64,000 bases of DNA from Eledone cirrhosa (taxonomy: Eukaryota). Under the pieces are notes generated by a model. The model worked only from the letters and a program-made list of their open reading frames with translations. It was not told the DNA's origin and did not search any database. The stretch covers positions 186,001 through 250,000 of the forward strand of contig CAXHJY010000898.1 in the NCBI GenBank assembly GCA_964016885.1, written 5' to 3'. Of the stretch, positions 38,441-51,064 are shown in pieces. Both the position numbers and the translations under genes were made by a program. Every line of letters begins with the position of its first letter. Position 1 is the stretch's first letter.

Positions 38441-41400
38441 CTTAGGATAGCTTAGGATAGCTTAGCTTAGGATAGCTTAGCTTAGGATAGCTTAGGATAG
38501 CTTAGCTTAGCTTAGCTTAGGATAGCTTAGCTTAGCTTAGCTTAGGATAGCTTAGCTTAGCTTAGCTTAGGATAGCTTAGCTTAGCTTAGCTTAGGATAG
38601 CTTAGGATAGCTTAGCTTAGGATAGCTTAGGATAGCTTAGCTTAGGATAGCTTAGGATAGCTTAGGATAGCTTAGCTTAGCTTAGCTTAGGATAGCTTAG
38701 CTTAGCTTAGCTTAGGATAGCTTAGCTTAGCTTAGCTTAGGATAGCTTAGCTTAGCTTAGGATAGCTTAGCTTAGCTTAGCTTAGGATAGCTTAGCTTAG
38801 CTTAGGATAGCTTAGCTTAGCTTAGCTTAGGATAGCTTAGCTTAGCTTAGGATAGCTTAGCTTAGCTTAGCTTAGGATAGCTTAGCTTAGCTTAGCTTAG
38901 GATAGCTTAGCTTAGGATAGCTTAGCTTAGGATAGCTTAGCTTAGGTTAGCTTAGCTTAGCTTAGCTTAGGATAGCTTAGGATAGCTTAGCTTAGGATAG
39001 CTTAGCTTAGCTTAGCTTAGGATAGCTTAGCTTAGCTTAGCTTAGGATAGCTTAGCTTAGCTTAGCTTAGGATAGCTTAGCTTAGGATAGCTTAGGATAG
39101 CTTAGCTTAGCTTAGCTTAGGATAGCTTAGCTTAGCTTAGCTTAGGATAGCTTAGCTTAGCTTAGGATAGCTTAGCTTAGCTTAGCTTAGGATAGCTTAG
39201 CTTAGCTTAGCTTAGGATAGCTTAGCTTAGCTTAGCTTAGGATAGCTTAGGATAGCTTAGGATAGCTTAGCTTAGCTTAGGATAGCTTAGCTTAGCTTAG
39301 CTTAGGATAGCTTAGCTTAGCTTAGCTTAGGATAGCTTAGCTTAGCTTAGGATAGCTTAGCTTAACTTAGCTTAGGATAGCTTAGCTTAGCTTAGCTTAG
39401 GATAGCTTAGCTTAGCTTAGCTTAGGATAGCTTAGCTTAGCTTAGCTTAGGATAGCTTAGCTTAGCTTAGCTTAGTAGAGCTTAGCTTAGCTTAGCTTAG
39501 GATAGCTTAGCTTAGCTTAGCTTAGCTTAGGATAGCTTAGCTTAGCTTAGGATAGATTAGCTTAGCTTAGGATAGCTTAGCTTAGCTTAGCTTAGGAAAC
39601 CTTAGCTTAGCTTAGGATAGCTTAGCTTAGCTTAGCTTAGGAGAGCTTAGCTTAGCTTAGCTTAGGATAGCTTAGCTTAGCTTAGCTTAGGATAGCTTAG
39701 GATAGCTTAGCTTAGGATAGCTTAGGATAGCTTAGCTTAGGATAGCTTAGGATAGCTTAGCTTAGGATAGCTTAGCTTAGGATAGCTTAGGATAGCTTAG
39801 CTTAGCTTAGCTTAGGATAGCTTAGGATAGCTTAGCTTAGGATAGCTTAGGATAGCTTAGCTTAGGATAGATTAGGATAGCTTAGCTTAGGATAGCTTAG
39901 GATAGCTTAGCTTAGGATAGCTTAGCTTAGCTTAGCTTAGGATAGCTTAGCTTGGGATAGCTTAGGATAGCTTAGCTTAGGATAGCTTAGGATAGCTTAG
40001 CTTAGCTTAGCTTAGGATAGCTTAGCTTAGCTTAGCTTAGGATAGCTTAGCTTAGCTTAGGATAGCTTAGCTTAGCTTAGCTTAGGATAGCTTAGCTTAG
40101 CTTAGCTTAGGATAGCTTAGCTTAGCTTAGCTTAGGATAGCTTAGCTTAGCTTAGCTTAGGATAGCTTAGCTTAGCTTAGCTTAGGATAGCTTAGCTTAG
40201 CTTAGCTTAGAATAGCTTAGCTTAGGATAGCTTAGCTTAGGATAGCTTAGCTTAGGATAGCTTAGGATAGCTTAGCTTAGGATAGCTTAGGATAGCTTAG
40301 CTTAGGATAGCTTAGCTTAGCTTAGCTTAGGATAGCTTAGCTTAGCTTAGGATAGCTTAGCTTAGCTTAGATTAGGATAGCTTAGCTTAGGATAGCTTAG
40401 GAAAGCTTAGCTTAGCTTAGCTTAGGATAGCTTAGCTTAGCTTAGCTTAGGATAGCTTAGCTTAGCTTAGGATAGTTTAGCTTAGCTTAGCTTAGGATAG
40501 CTTAGCTTAGCTTAGCTTAGGATAACTTAGCTTAGCTTAGCTTAGGATAGCTTAGCTTAGCTTAGGATAGCTTAGCTTAGCTTAGCTTAGGATAGCTTAG
40601 CTTAGCTTAGCATAGGATAGCTTAGCTTAGCTTAGCTTAGGATAGCTTAGCTTAGGATAGCTTAGCTTAGCTTAGCTTAGGATAGCTTAGCTTAGCTTAG
40701 CTTAGGATAGCTTAGCTTAGCTTAGCTTAGGATAGCTTAGCTTAGCTTAGCTTAGTATAGCTTAGCTTAGCTTAGCTTAGGATAGCTTAGCTTAGCTTAG
40801 CTTAGGATAGCTTAGCTTAGCTTAGCTTAGGATAGCTTAGCTTAGCTTAGCTTAGGATAGCTTAGCTTAGCTTAGCTTAGGATAGCTTAGCTTAGCTTGG
40901 CTTAGGATAGCTTAGCTTAGCTTGGCTTAGGATAGCTTAGCTTAGCTTAGCTTAGGATAGCTTAGCTTAGCTTAGCTTAGGATAGCTTAGCTTAGCTTAG
41001 CTTAGGATAGCTTAGCTTAGCTTAGCTTAGGATAGCTTAGCTTAGTTTAGGATAGCTTAGCTTAGCTTAGCTTAGGATAGCTTAGGATAGCTTAGCTTAG
41101 GATAGCTTAGGATAGCTTAGCTTAGGATAGCTTAGGATAGCTTAGGTTAGGATAGCTTAGCTTAGGATAGCTTAGGATAGCTTAGCTTAGGATAGCTTAG
41201 GATAGCTTAGCTTAGGATAGCTTAGGATAGCTTAGCTTAGGATAGCTTAGCTTAGGATAGCTTAGGAAAGCTTAGCTTAGCTTAGCTTAGGATAGCTTAG
41301 CTTAGCTTAGCTTAGGATAGCTTAGCTTAGCTTAGCTTAGGATAGCTTAGGATAGCTTAGCTTAGGATAGCTTAGGATAGCTTAGCTTAGGATAGCTTAG

Positions 41401-42654
41401 CTTAGGAGAGCTTAGCTTAGGATAGCTTAGGATAGCTTAGCTTAGGATAGCTTAGGATAGCTTAGCTTAGGATAGCTTAGCTTAGGATAGCTTAGGATAG
41501 CTTAGCTTAGCTTAGCTTAGGATAGCTTAGCTTAGCTTAGCTTAGGATAGCTTAGCTTAGCTTAGCTTAGCTTAGGATAGCTTAGCTTAGCTTAGCTTAG
41601 GATAGCTTAGGATAGCTTAGCTTAGGATAGCTTAGGATAGCTTAGCTTAGGATAGCTTAGGATAGCTTAGCTTAGGATAGCTTAGGATAGCTTAGCTTAG
41701 GATAGCTTAGCTTAGGATAGCTTAGCTTAGCTTAGCTTAGGATAGCTTAGCTTAGGATAGCTTAGGATAGCTTAGCTTAGGATAGCTTAGCTTAGCTTAG
41801 CTTAGGATAGCTTAGCTTAGCTTAGCTTAGGATAGCTTAGCTTAGCTTAGCTTAGGATAGCTTAGCTTAGCTTAGGATAGCTTAGCTTAGCTTAGCTTAG
41901 GAAAGCTTAGCTTAGCTTAGCTTAGGATAGCTTAGCTTAGGATAGCTTAGCTTAGGATAGCTTAGCTTAGGTTAGCTTAGCTTAGCTTAGCTTAGGATAG
42001 CTTAGGATAGCTTAGCTTAGGATAGCTTAGCTTAGCTTAGCTTAGGATAGCTTAGCCTAGCTTAGCTTAGGATAGCTTAGCTTAGCTTAGCTTAGGATAG
42101 CTTAGCTTAGGATAGCTTAGGATAGCTTAGCTTAGCTTAGCTTAGGATAGCTTAGCTTAGCTTAGGATAGCTTAGCTTAGCTTAGGATAGCTTAGCTTAG
42201 CTTAGCTTAGGATAGCTTAGCTTAGCTTAGCTTAGGATAGCTTAGCTTAGGTTAGCTTAGGATAGCTTAGGATAGCTTAGGATAGCTTAGCTTAGCTTAG
42301 CTTAGGATAGCTTAACTTAGCTTAGGATAGCTTAGCTTAGCTTAGCTTAGGATAGCTTAGCTTAGCTTAGCTTAGGATAGCTTAGCTTAGCTTAGCTTAG
42401 GATAGCTTAGCTTAGCTTAGCTTAGGATAGCTTAGCTTAGCTTAGCTTAGGATAGCTTAGCTTAGCTTAGCTTAGAATAGCTTAGCTTAGGATAGCTTAG
42501 CTTAGGATAGCTTAGGATAGCTTAGCTTAGGATAGCTTAGGATAGCTTAGCTTAGGATAGCTTAGCTTAGCTTAGCTTAGGATAGCTTAGCTTAGCTTAG
42601 GATAGCTTAGCTTAGCTTAGCTTAGGATAGCTTAGCTTAGGATAGCTTAGGAAA

Positions 42655-45600
42655 GCTTAGCTTAGCTTAGCTTAGCTTAGCTTAGCTTAGCTTAGCTTAG
42701 GATAGCTTAGCTTAGCTTAGGATAGTTTAGCTTAGCTTAGCTTAGGATAGCTTAGCTTAGCTTAGCTTAGGATAGCTTAGCTTAGCTTAGCTTAGGATAG
42801 CTTAGCTTAGCTTAGGATAGCTTAGCTTAGCTTAGCTTAGGATAGCTTAGCTTAGCTTAGGATAGCTTAGCTTAGCTTAGCTTAGGATAGCTTAGCTTAG
42901 CTTAGCTTAGGATAGCTTAGCTTAGGATAGCTTAGCTTAGCTTAGGATAGCTTAGCTTAGCTTAGCTTAGGATAGCTTAGCTTAGCTTAGCTTAGGATAG
43001 CTTAGCTTAGCTTAGCTTAGTATAGCTTAGCTTAGCTTAGCTTAGGATAGCTTAGCTTAGCTTAGCTTAGGATAGCTTAGCTTAGCTTAGCTTAGGATAG
43101 CTTAGCTTAGCTTAGCTTAGGATAGCTTAGCTTAGCTTAGCTTAGGATAGCTTAGCTTAGCTTGGCTTAGGATAGCTTAGCTTAGCTTGGCTTAGGATAG
43201 CTTAGCTTAGCTTAGCTTAGGATAGCTTAGCTTAGCTTAGCTTAGCTTAGCTTAGCTTAGGATAGCTTAGCTTAGCTTAGCTTAGGATAGCTTAGCTTAG
43301 CTTAGCTTAGCTTAGGATAACTTAGCTTAGCTTAGCTTAGCTTAGCTTAGGATAGCTTAGCTTAGCTTAGCTTAGGATAGCTTAGCTTAGTTTAGGATAG
43401 CTTAGCTTAGCTTAGCTTAGGATAGCTTAGGATAGCTTAGCTTAGGATAGCTTAGGATAGCTTAGCTTAGGATAGCTTAGGATAGCTTAGGTTAGGATAG
43501 CTTAGCTTAGGATAGCTTAGGATAGCTTAGCTTAGGATAGCTTAGGATAGCTTAGCTTAGGATAGCTTAGGATAGCTTAGCTTAGAATAGCTTAGCTTAG
43601 GATAGCTTAGGAAAGCTTAGCTTAGCTTAGCTTAGGATAGCTTAGCTTAGCTTAGCTTAGGATAGCTTAGCTTAGCTTAGCTTAGGATAGCTTAGGATAG
43701 CTTAGCTTAGGATAGCTTAGGATAGCTTAGCTTTGGATAGCTTAGCTTAGGAGAGCTTAGCTTAGGATAGCTTAGGATAGCTTAGCTTAGGATAGCTTAG
43801 GATAGCTTAGCTTAGGATAGCTTAGCTTAGGATAGCTTAGGATAGCTTAGCTTAGCTTAGCTTAGGATAGCTTAGCTTAGCTTAGCTTAGCTTAGGATAG
43901 CTTAGCTTAGCTTAGCTTAGCTTAGGATAGCTTAGCTTAGCTTAGCTTAGGATAGCTTAGGATAGCTTAGCTTAGGATAGCTTAGGATAGCTTAGCTTAG
44001 GATAGCTTAGGATAGCTTAGCTTAGGATAGCTTAGGATAGCTTAGCTTAGGATAGCTTAGCTTAGGATAGCTTAGCTTAGCTTAGCTTAGGATAGCTTAG
44101 CTTAGGATAGCTTAGGATAGCTTAGCTTAGGATAGCTTAGCTAAGGATAGCTTAGGATAGCTTAGCTTAGCTTAGCTTAGGATAGCTTAGCTTAGCTTAG
44201 CTTAGGATAGCTTAGCTTAGCTTAGGATAGCTTAGCTTAGCTTAGCTTAGGATAGCTTAGCTTAGCTTAGCTTAGGATAGCTTAGCTTAGCTTAGCTTAG
44301 GATAGCTTAGCTTAGCTTAGGATAGCTCAGCTTAGCTTAGCTTAGGAAAGCTTAGCTTAGCTTAGCTTAGGATAGCTTAGCTTAGGATAGCTTAGCTTAG
44401 GATAGCTTAGCTTAGGTTAGCTTAGCTTAGCTTAGCTTAGGATAGCTTAGGATAGCTTAGCTTAGGATAGCTTAGCTTAGCTTAGCTTAGGATAGCTTAG
44501 CTTAGCTTAGCTTAGGATAGCTTAGCTTAGCTTAGCTTAGGATAGCTTAGCTTAGGATAGCTTAGGATAGCTTAGCTTAGCTTAGCTTAGGATAGTTTAG
44601 CTTAGCCTAGCTTAGGATAGCTTAGCTTAGCTTAGGATAGCTTAGCTTAGCTTAGCTTAGGATAGCTTAGCTTAGCTTAGCTTAGGATAGCTTAGCTTAG
44701 GTTAGCTTAGGATAGCTTAGCTTAGCTTAGCTTAGCTTAGCTTAGCTTAGCTTAGCTTAGCTTAGCTTAGGATAGCTTAGCTTAGCTTAGGATAGTTTAG
44801 CTTAGCTTAGCTTAGGATAGCTTAGCTTAGCTTAGCTTAGGATAGCTTAGCTTAGCTTAGCTTAGGATAGCTTAGCTTAGCTTAGGATAGCTTAGCTTAG
44901 CTTAGCTTAGGATAGCTTAGCTTAGCTTAGGATAGCTTAGCTCAGCTTAGCTTAGGATAGCTTAGCTTAGCTTAGCTTAGGATAGCTTAGCTTAGGATAG
45001 CTTAGCTTAGCTTAGGATAGCTTAGCTTAGCTTAGCTTAGGATAGCTTAGCTTAGCTTAGCTTAGGATAGCTTAGCTTAGCTTAGCTTAGTATAGCTTAG
45101 CTTAGCTTAGCTTAGGATAGCTTAGCTTAGCTTAGCTTAGGATAGCTTAGCTTAGCTTAGCTTAGGATAGCTTAGCTTAGCTTAGCTTAGGATAGCTTAG
45201 CTTAGCTTAGCTTAGGATAGCTTAGCTTAGCTTGGCTTAGGATAGCTTAGCTTAGCTTGGCTTAGGATAGCTTAGCTTAGCTTAGCTTAGGATAGCTTAG
45301 CTTAGCTTAGCTTAGCTTAGCTTAGCTTAGGATAGCTTAGCTTAGCTTAGCTTAGCTTAGGATAGCTTAGCTTAGCTTAGCTTAGCTTAGGATAGCTTAG
45401 CTTAGCTTAGCTTAGCTTAGCTTAGGATAGCTTAGCTTAGCTTAGCTTAGGATAGCTTAGCTTAGTTTAGGATAGCTTAGCTTAGCTTAGCTTAGGATAG
45501 CTTAGGATAGCTTAGCTTAGGATAGCTTAGGATAGCTTAGCTTAGGATAGCTTAGGATAGCTTAGGTTAGGATAGCTTAGCTTAGGATAGCTTAGGATAG

Positions 45601-46790
45601 CTTAGCTTAGGATAGCTTAGGATAGCTTAGCTTAGGATAGCTTAGGATAGCTTAGCTTAGAATAGCTTAGCTTAGGATAGCTTAGGAAAGCTTAGCTTAG
45701 CTTAGCTTAGGATAGCTTAGCTTAGCTTAGCTTAGGATAGCTTAGCTTAGCTTAGCTTAGGATAGCTTAGGATAGCTTAGCTTAGGATAGCTTAGGATAG
45801 CTTAGCTTTGGATAGCTTAGCTTAGGAGAGCTTAGCTTAGGATAGCTTAGGATAGCTTAGCTTAGGATAGCTTAGGATAGCTTAGCTTAGGATAGCTTAG
45901 CTTAGGATAGCTTAGGATAGCTTAGCTTAGCTTAGCTTAGGATAGCTTAGCTTAGCTTAGCTTAGCTTAGGATAGCTTAGCTTAGCTTAGCTTAGCTTAG
46001 GATAGCTTAGCTTAGCTTAGCTTAGGATAGCTTAGGATAGCTTAGCTTAGGATAGCTTAGGATAGCTTAGCTTAGGATAGCTTAGGATAGCTTAGCTTAG
46101 GATAGCTTAGGATAGCTTAGCTTAGGATAGCTTAGCTTAGGATAGCTTAGCTTAGCTTAGCTTAGGATAGCTTAGCTTAGGATAGCTTAGGATAGCTTAG
46201 CTTAGGATAGCTTAGCTAAGGATAGCTTAGGATAGCTTAGCTTAGCTTAGCTTAGGATAGCTTAGCTTAGCTTAGCTTAGGATAGCTTAGCTTAGCTTAG
46301 GATAGCTTAGCTTAGCTTAGCTTAGGATAGCTTAGCTTAGCTTAGCTTAGGATAGCTTAGCTTAGCTTAGCTTAGGATAGCTTAGCTTAGCTTAGGATAG
46401 CTCAGCTTAGCTTAGCTTAGGAAAGCTTAGCTTAGCTTAGCTTAGGATAGCTTAGCTTAGGATAGCTTAGCTTAGGATAGCTTAGCTTAGGTTAGCTTAG
46501 CTTAGCTTAGCTTAGGATAGCTTAGGATAGCTTAGCTTAGGATAGCTTAGCTTAGCTTAGCTTAGGATAGCTTAGCTTAGCTTAGCTTAGGATAGCTTAG
46601 CTTAGCTTAGCTTAGGATAGCTTAGCTTAGGATAGCTTAGGATAGCTTAGCTTAGCTTAGCTTAGGATAGTTTAGCTTAGCTTAGCTTAGGATAGCTTAG
46701 CTTAGCTTAGGATAGCTTAGCTTAGCTTAGCTTAGGATAGCTTAGCTTAGCTTAGCTTAGGATAGCTTAGCTTAGGTTAGCTTAGGATAG
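42655..46790 (+). repeat. ~2070-2075 bp tandem duplication (junction at the pure TTAGC run ~44717-44766)
   Basis: GATAGTT 42721/44791, TATAGC 43021/45091, TTGGC 43162/45232, CTTTGG 43731/45806, CTAAG 44141/46216, CTCAG 44326/46401. Confidence 0.87.
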
Positions 46791-49700
46791 CTTAGGATAG
46801 CTTAGCTTAGGATAGCTTAGGATAGCTTAGCTTAGGATAGCTTAGCTTAGGATAGCTTAGCTTAGGTTAGCTTAGCTTAGCTTAGCTTAGGATAGCTTAG
46901 GATAGCTTAGCTTAGGATAGCTTAGCTTAGCTTAGCTTAGGATAGCTTAGCTTAGGATAGCTTAGGATAGCTTAGCTTAGGATAGCTTAGCTTAGGATAG
47001 CTTAGCTTAGGATAGCTTAGGATAGCTTAGCTTAGCTTAGCTTAGGATAGCTTAGCTTAGCTTAGCTTAGGATAGCTTAGCTTAGGTTAGCTTAGCTTAG
47101 CTTAGCTTAGGATAGCTTAGCTTAGGATAGCTTAGGATAGCTTAGCTTAGGATAGCTTAGCTTAGGATAGCTTAGGATAGCTTAGCTTAGGATAGCTTAG
47201 AATAGCTTAGCTTAGGATAGCTTAGCTTAGGATAGCTTAGGATAGCTTAGCTTAGCTTAGCTTAGGATAGCTTAGCTTAGCTTAGCTTAGGATAGCTTAG
47301 CTTAGCTTAGCATAGGATAGCTTAGCTTAGCTTAGCTTAGGATAGCTTAGGATAGCTTAGCTTAGGATAGCTTAGGATAGCTTAGGATAGCTTAGCTTAG
47401 CTTAGCTTAGGATAGCTTAGCTTAGCTTAGCTTAGGATAGCTTAGCTTAGCTTAGCTTAGGATAGCTTAGCTTAGCTTAGGATAGCTTAGCTTAGCTTAG
47501 CTTAGTATAGCTTAGCTTAGCTTAGCTTAGGATAGCTTAGCTTAGCTTAGGATAGCTTAGCTTAGCTTAGGATAGCTTAGCTTAGCTTAGCTTAGGATAG
47601 CTTAGCTTAGCTTAGCTTAGGATAGCTTAGCTTAGCTTAGCTTAGGATAGCTTAGCTTAGCTTAGCTTAGGATAGCTTAGCTTAGCTTAGCTTAGGATAG
47701 CTTAGCTTAGCTTAGCTTAGGATAGCTTAGCTTAGCTTAGCTTAGGATAGATTAGCTTAGCTTAGGATAGCTTAGCTTAGCTTAGCTTAGGAAAGCTTAG
47801 CTTAGCTTAGGATAGCTTAGCTTAGCTTAGCTTAGGAGAGCTTAGCTTAGCTTAGGATAGCTTAGCTTAGCTTAGCTTAGGATAGCTTAGCTTAGCTTAG
47901 CTTAGGTAGCTTAGCTTAGCTTAGCTTAGGATAGCTTAGCTTAGCTTAGCTTAGGATAGCTTAGGATAGCTTAGCTTAGGATAGCTTAGGATAGCTTACC
48001 TTAGGAGAGCTTAGCTTAGGATAGCTTAGCTTAGGATAGCTTAGGATAGCTTAGCTTAGGATAGCTTAGCTTAGGATAGCTTAGCTTAGGATAGCTTAGG
48101 ATAGCTTAGCTTAGCTTAGCTTAGGATAGCTTAGCTTAGCTTAGCTTAGGATAGCTTAGCTTAGGTTAGCTTAGCTTAGCTTAGCTTAGGATAGCTTAGG
48201 ATAGCTTAGCTTAGGATAGCTTAGGATAGCTTAGCTTAGGATAGCTTAGGATAGCTTAGCTTAGGATAGCTTAGCTTAGGATAGCTTAGGATTGCTTAGC
48301 TTAGGATAGCTTAGGATAGCTTAGCTTAGGATCGCTTAGGATAGCTTAGCTTAGCTTAGCTTAGGATAGCTTAGCTTAGCTTAGCTTAGGATAGCTTAGC
48401 TTAGCTTAGCTTAGGATAGCTTAGCTTAGCTTAGCTTAGGATAGCTTAGGATAGCTTAGCTTAGGATAGCTTAGGATAGCTTAGCTTAGGATAGCTTAGC
48501 TTAGGATAGCTTAGCTTAGGATAGCTTAGGATAGCTTAGCTTAGGATAGCTTAGGATAGCTTAGCTTAGGATAGCTTAGCTTAGGATAGCTTAGCTTAGG
48601 ATAGCTTAGGATAGCTTAGCTTAGCTTAGGATAGCTCAGCTTAGCTTAGCTTAGGAAAGCTTAGCTTAGCTTAGCTTAGGATAGCTTAGCTTAGGATAGC
48701 TTAGCTTAGGATAGCTTAGCTTAGGTTAGCTTAGCTTAGCTTAGCTTAGGATAGCTTAGGATAGCTTAGCTTAGGATAGCTTAGCTTAGCTTAGCTTAGG
48801 ATAGCTTAGCTTAGCTTAGCTTAGGATAGCTTAGCTTAGCTTAGCTTAGGATAGCTTAGCTTAGGATAGCTTAGGATAGCTTAGCTTAGCTTAGCTTAGG
48901 ATAGTTTAGCTTAGCTTAGCTTAGGATAGCTTAGCTTAGCTTAGGATAGCTTAGCTTAGCTTAGCTTAGGATAGCTTAGCTTAGCTTAGCTTAGGATAGC
49001 TTAGCTTAGGTTAGCTTAGGATAGCTTAGGATAGCTTAGCTTAGGATAGCTTAGGATAGCTTAGCTTAGGATAGCTTAGCTTAGGATAGCTTAGCTTAGG
49101 TTAGCTTAGCTTAGCTTAGCTTAGGATAGCTTAGGATAGCTTAGCTTAGGATAGCTTAGCTTAGCTTAGCTTAGGATAGCTTAGCTTAGGATAGCTTAGG
49201 ATAGCTTAGCTTAGGATAGCTTAGCTTAGGATAGCTTAGCTTAGGATAGCTTAGGATAGCTTAGCTTAGCTTAGCTTAGGATAGCTTAGCTTAGCTTAGC
49301 TTAGGATAGCTTAGCTTAGGTTAGCTTAGCTTAGCTTAGCTTAGGATAGCTTAGCTTAGGATAGCTTAGGATAGCTTAGCTTAGGATAGCTTAGCTTAGG
49401 ATAGCTTAGGATAGCTTAGCTTAGGATAGCTTAGAATAGCTTAGCTTAGGATAGCTTAGCTTAGGATAGCTTAGGATAGCTTAGCTTAGCTTAGCTTAGG
49501 ATAGCTTAGCTTAGCTTAGCTTAGGATAGCTTAGCTTAGCTTAGCATAGGATAGCTTAGCTTAGCTTAGCTTAGGATAGCTTAGGATAGCTTAGCTTAGG
49601 ATAGCTTAGGATAGCTTAGGATAGCTTAGCTTAGCTTAGCTTAGGATAGCTTAGCTTAGCTTAGCTTAGGATAGCTTAGCTTAGCTTAGCTTAGGATAGC

Positions 49701-50810
49701 TTAGCTTAGCTTAGGATAGCTTAGCTTAGCTTAGCTTAGTATAGCTTAGCTTAGCTTAGCTTAGGATAGCTTAGCTTAGCTTAGGATAGCTTAGCTTAGC
49801 TTAGGATAGCTTAGCTTAGCTTAGCTTAGGATAGCTTAGCTTAGCTTAGCTTAGGATAGCTTAGCTTAGCTTAGCTTAGGATAGCTTAGCTTAGCTTAGC
49901 ATAGGATAGCTTAGCTTAGCTTAGCTTAGGATAGCTTAGCTTAGCTTAGCTTAGGATAGCTTAGCTTAGCTTAGCTTAGGATAGATTAGCTTAGCTTAGG
50001 ATAGCTTAGCTTAGCTTAGCTTAGGAAAGCTTAGCTTAGCTTAGGATAGCTTAGCTTAGCTTAGCTTAGGAGAGCTTAGCTTAGCTTAGGATAGCTTAGC
50101 TTAGCTTAGCTTAGGATAGCTTAGCTTAGCTTAGCTTAGGTAGCTTAGCTTAGCTTAGCTTAGGATAGCTTAGCTTAGCTTAGCTTAGGATAGCTTAGGA
50201 TAGCTTAGCTTAGGATAGCTTAGGATAGCTTACCTTAGGAGAGCTTAGCTTAGGATAGCTTAGCTTAGGATAGCTTAGGATAGCTTAGCTTAGGATAGCT
50301 TAGCTTAGGATAGCTTAGCTTAGGATAGCTTAGGATAGCTTAGCTTAGCTTAGCTTAGGATAGCTTAGCTTAGCTTAGCTTAGGATAGCTTAGCTTAGGT
50401 TAGCTTAGCTTAGCTTAGCTTAGGATAGCTTAGGATAGCTTAGCTTAGGATAGCTTAGGATAGCTTAGCTTAGGATAGCTTAGGATAGCTTAGCTTAGGA
50501 TAGCTTAGCTTAGGATAGCTTAGGATTGCTTAGCTTAGGATAGCTTAGGATAGCTTAGCTTAGGATCGCTTAGGATAGCTTAGCTTAGCTTAGCTTAGGA
50601 TAGCTTAGCTTAGCTTAGCTTAGGATAGCTTAGCTTAGCTTAGCTTAGGATAGCTTAGCTTAGCTTAGCTTAGGATAGCTTAGGATAGCTTAGCTTAGGA
50701 TAGCTTAGGATAGCTTAGCTTAGGATAGCTTAGCTTAGGATAGCTTAGCTTAGGATAGCTTAGGATAGCTTAGCTTAGGATAGCTTAGGATAGCTTAGCT
50801 TAGGATAGCT
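46385..50810 (+). repeat. 2234-bp tandem duplication
   Basis: CTCAG 46401/48635, ATAGTT 46667/48901, deletion word 47902/50136, TTACC 47996/50230. All offsets are 2234. Confidence 0.88.
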
Positions 50811-51064
50811 TAGCTTAGCTTAGCTTAGGATAGCTTAGCTTAGGTTAGCTTAGCTTAGCTTAGCTTAGCTTAGGATAGCTTAGCTTAGGATAGCTTAGGA
50901 TAGCTTAGGATAGCTTAGCTTAGGATAGCTTAGCTTAGGATAGCTTAGGATAGCTTAGCTTAGGATAGCTTAGGATAGCTTAGCTTAGGATAGCTTAGCT
51001 TAGGATAGCTTAGGATAGCTTAGCTTAGCTTAGCTTAGGATAGCTTAGCTTAGGATAGCTTAGC

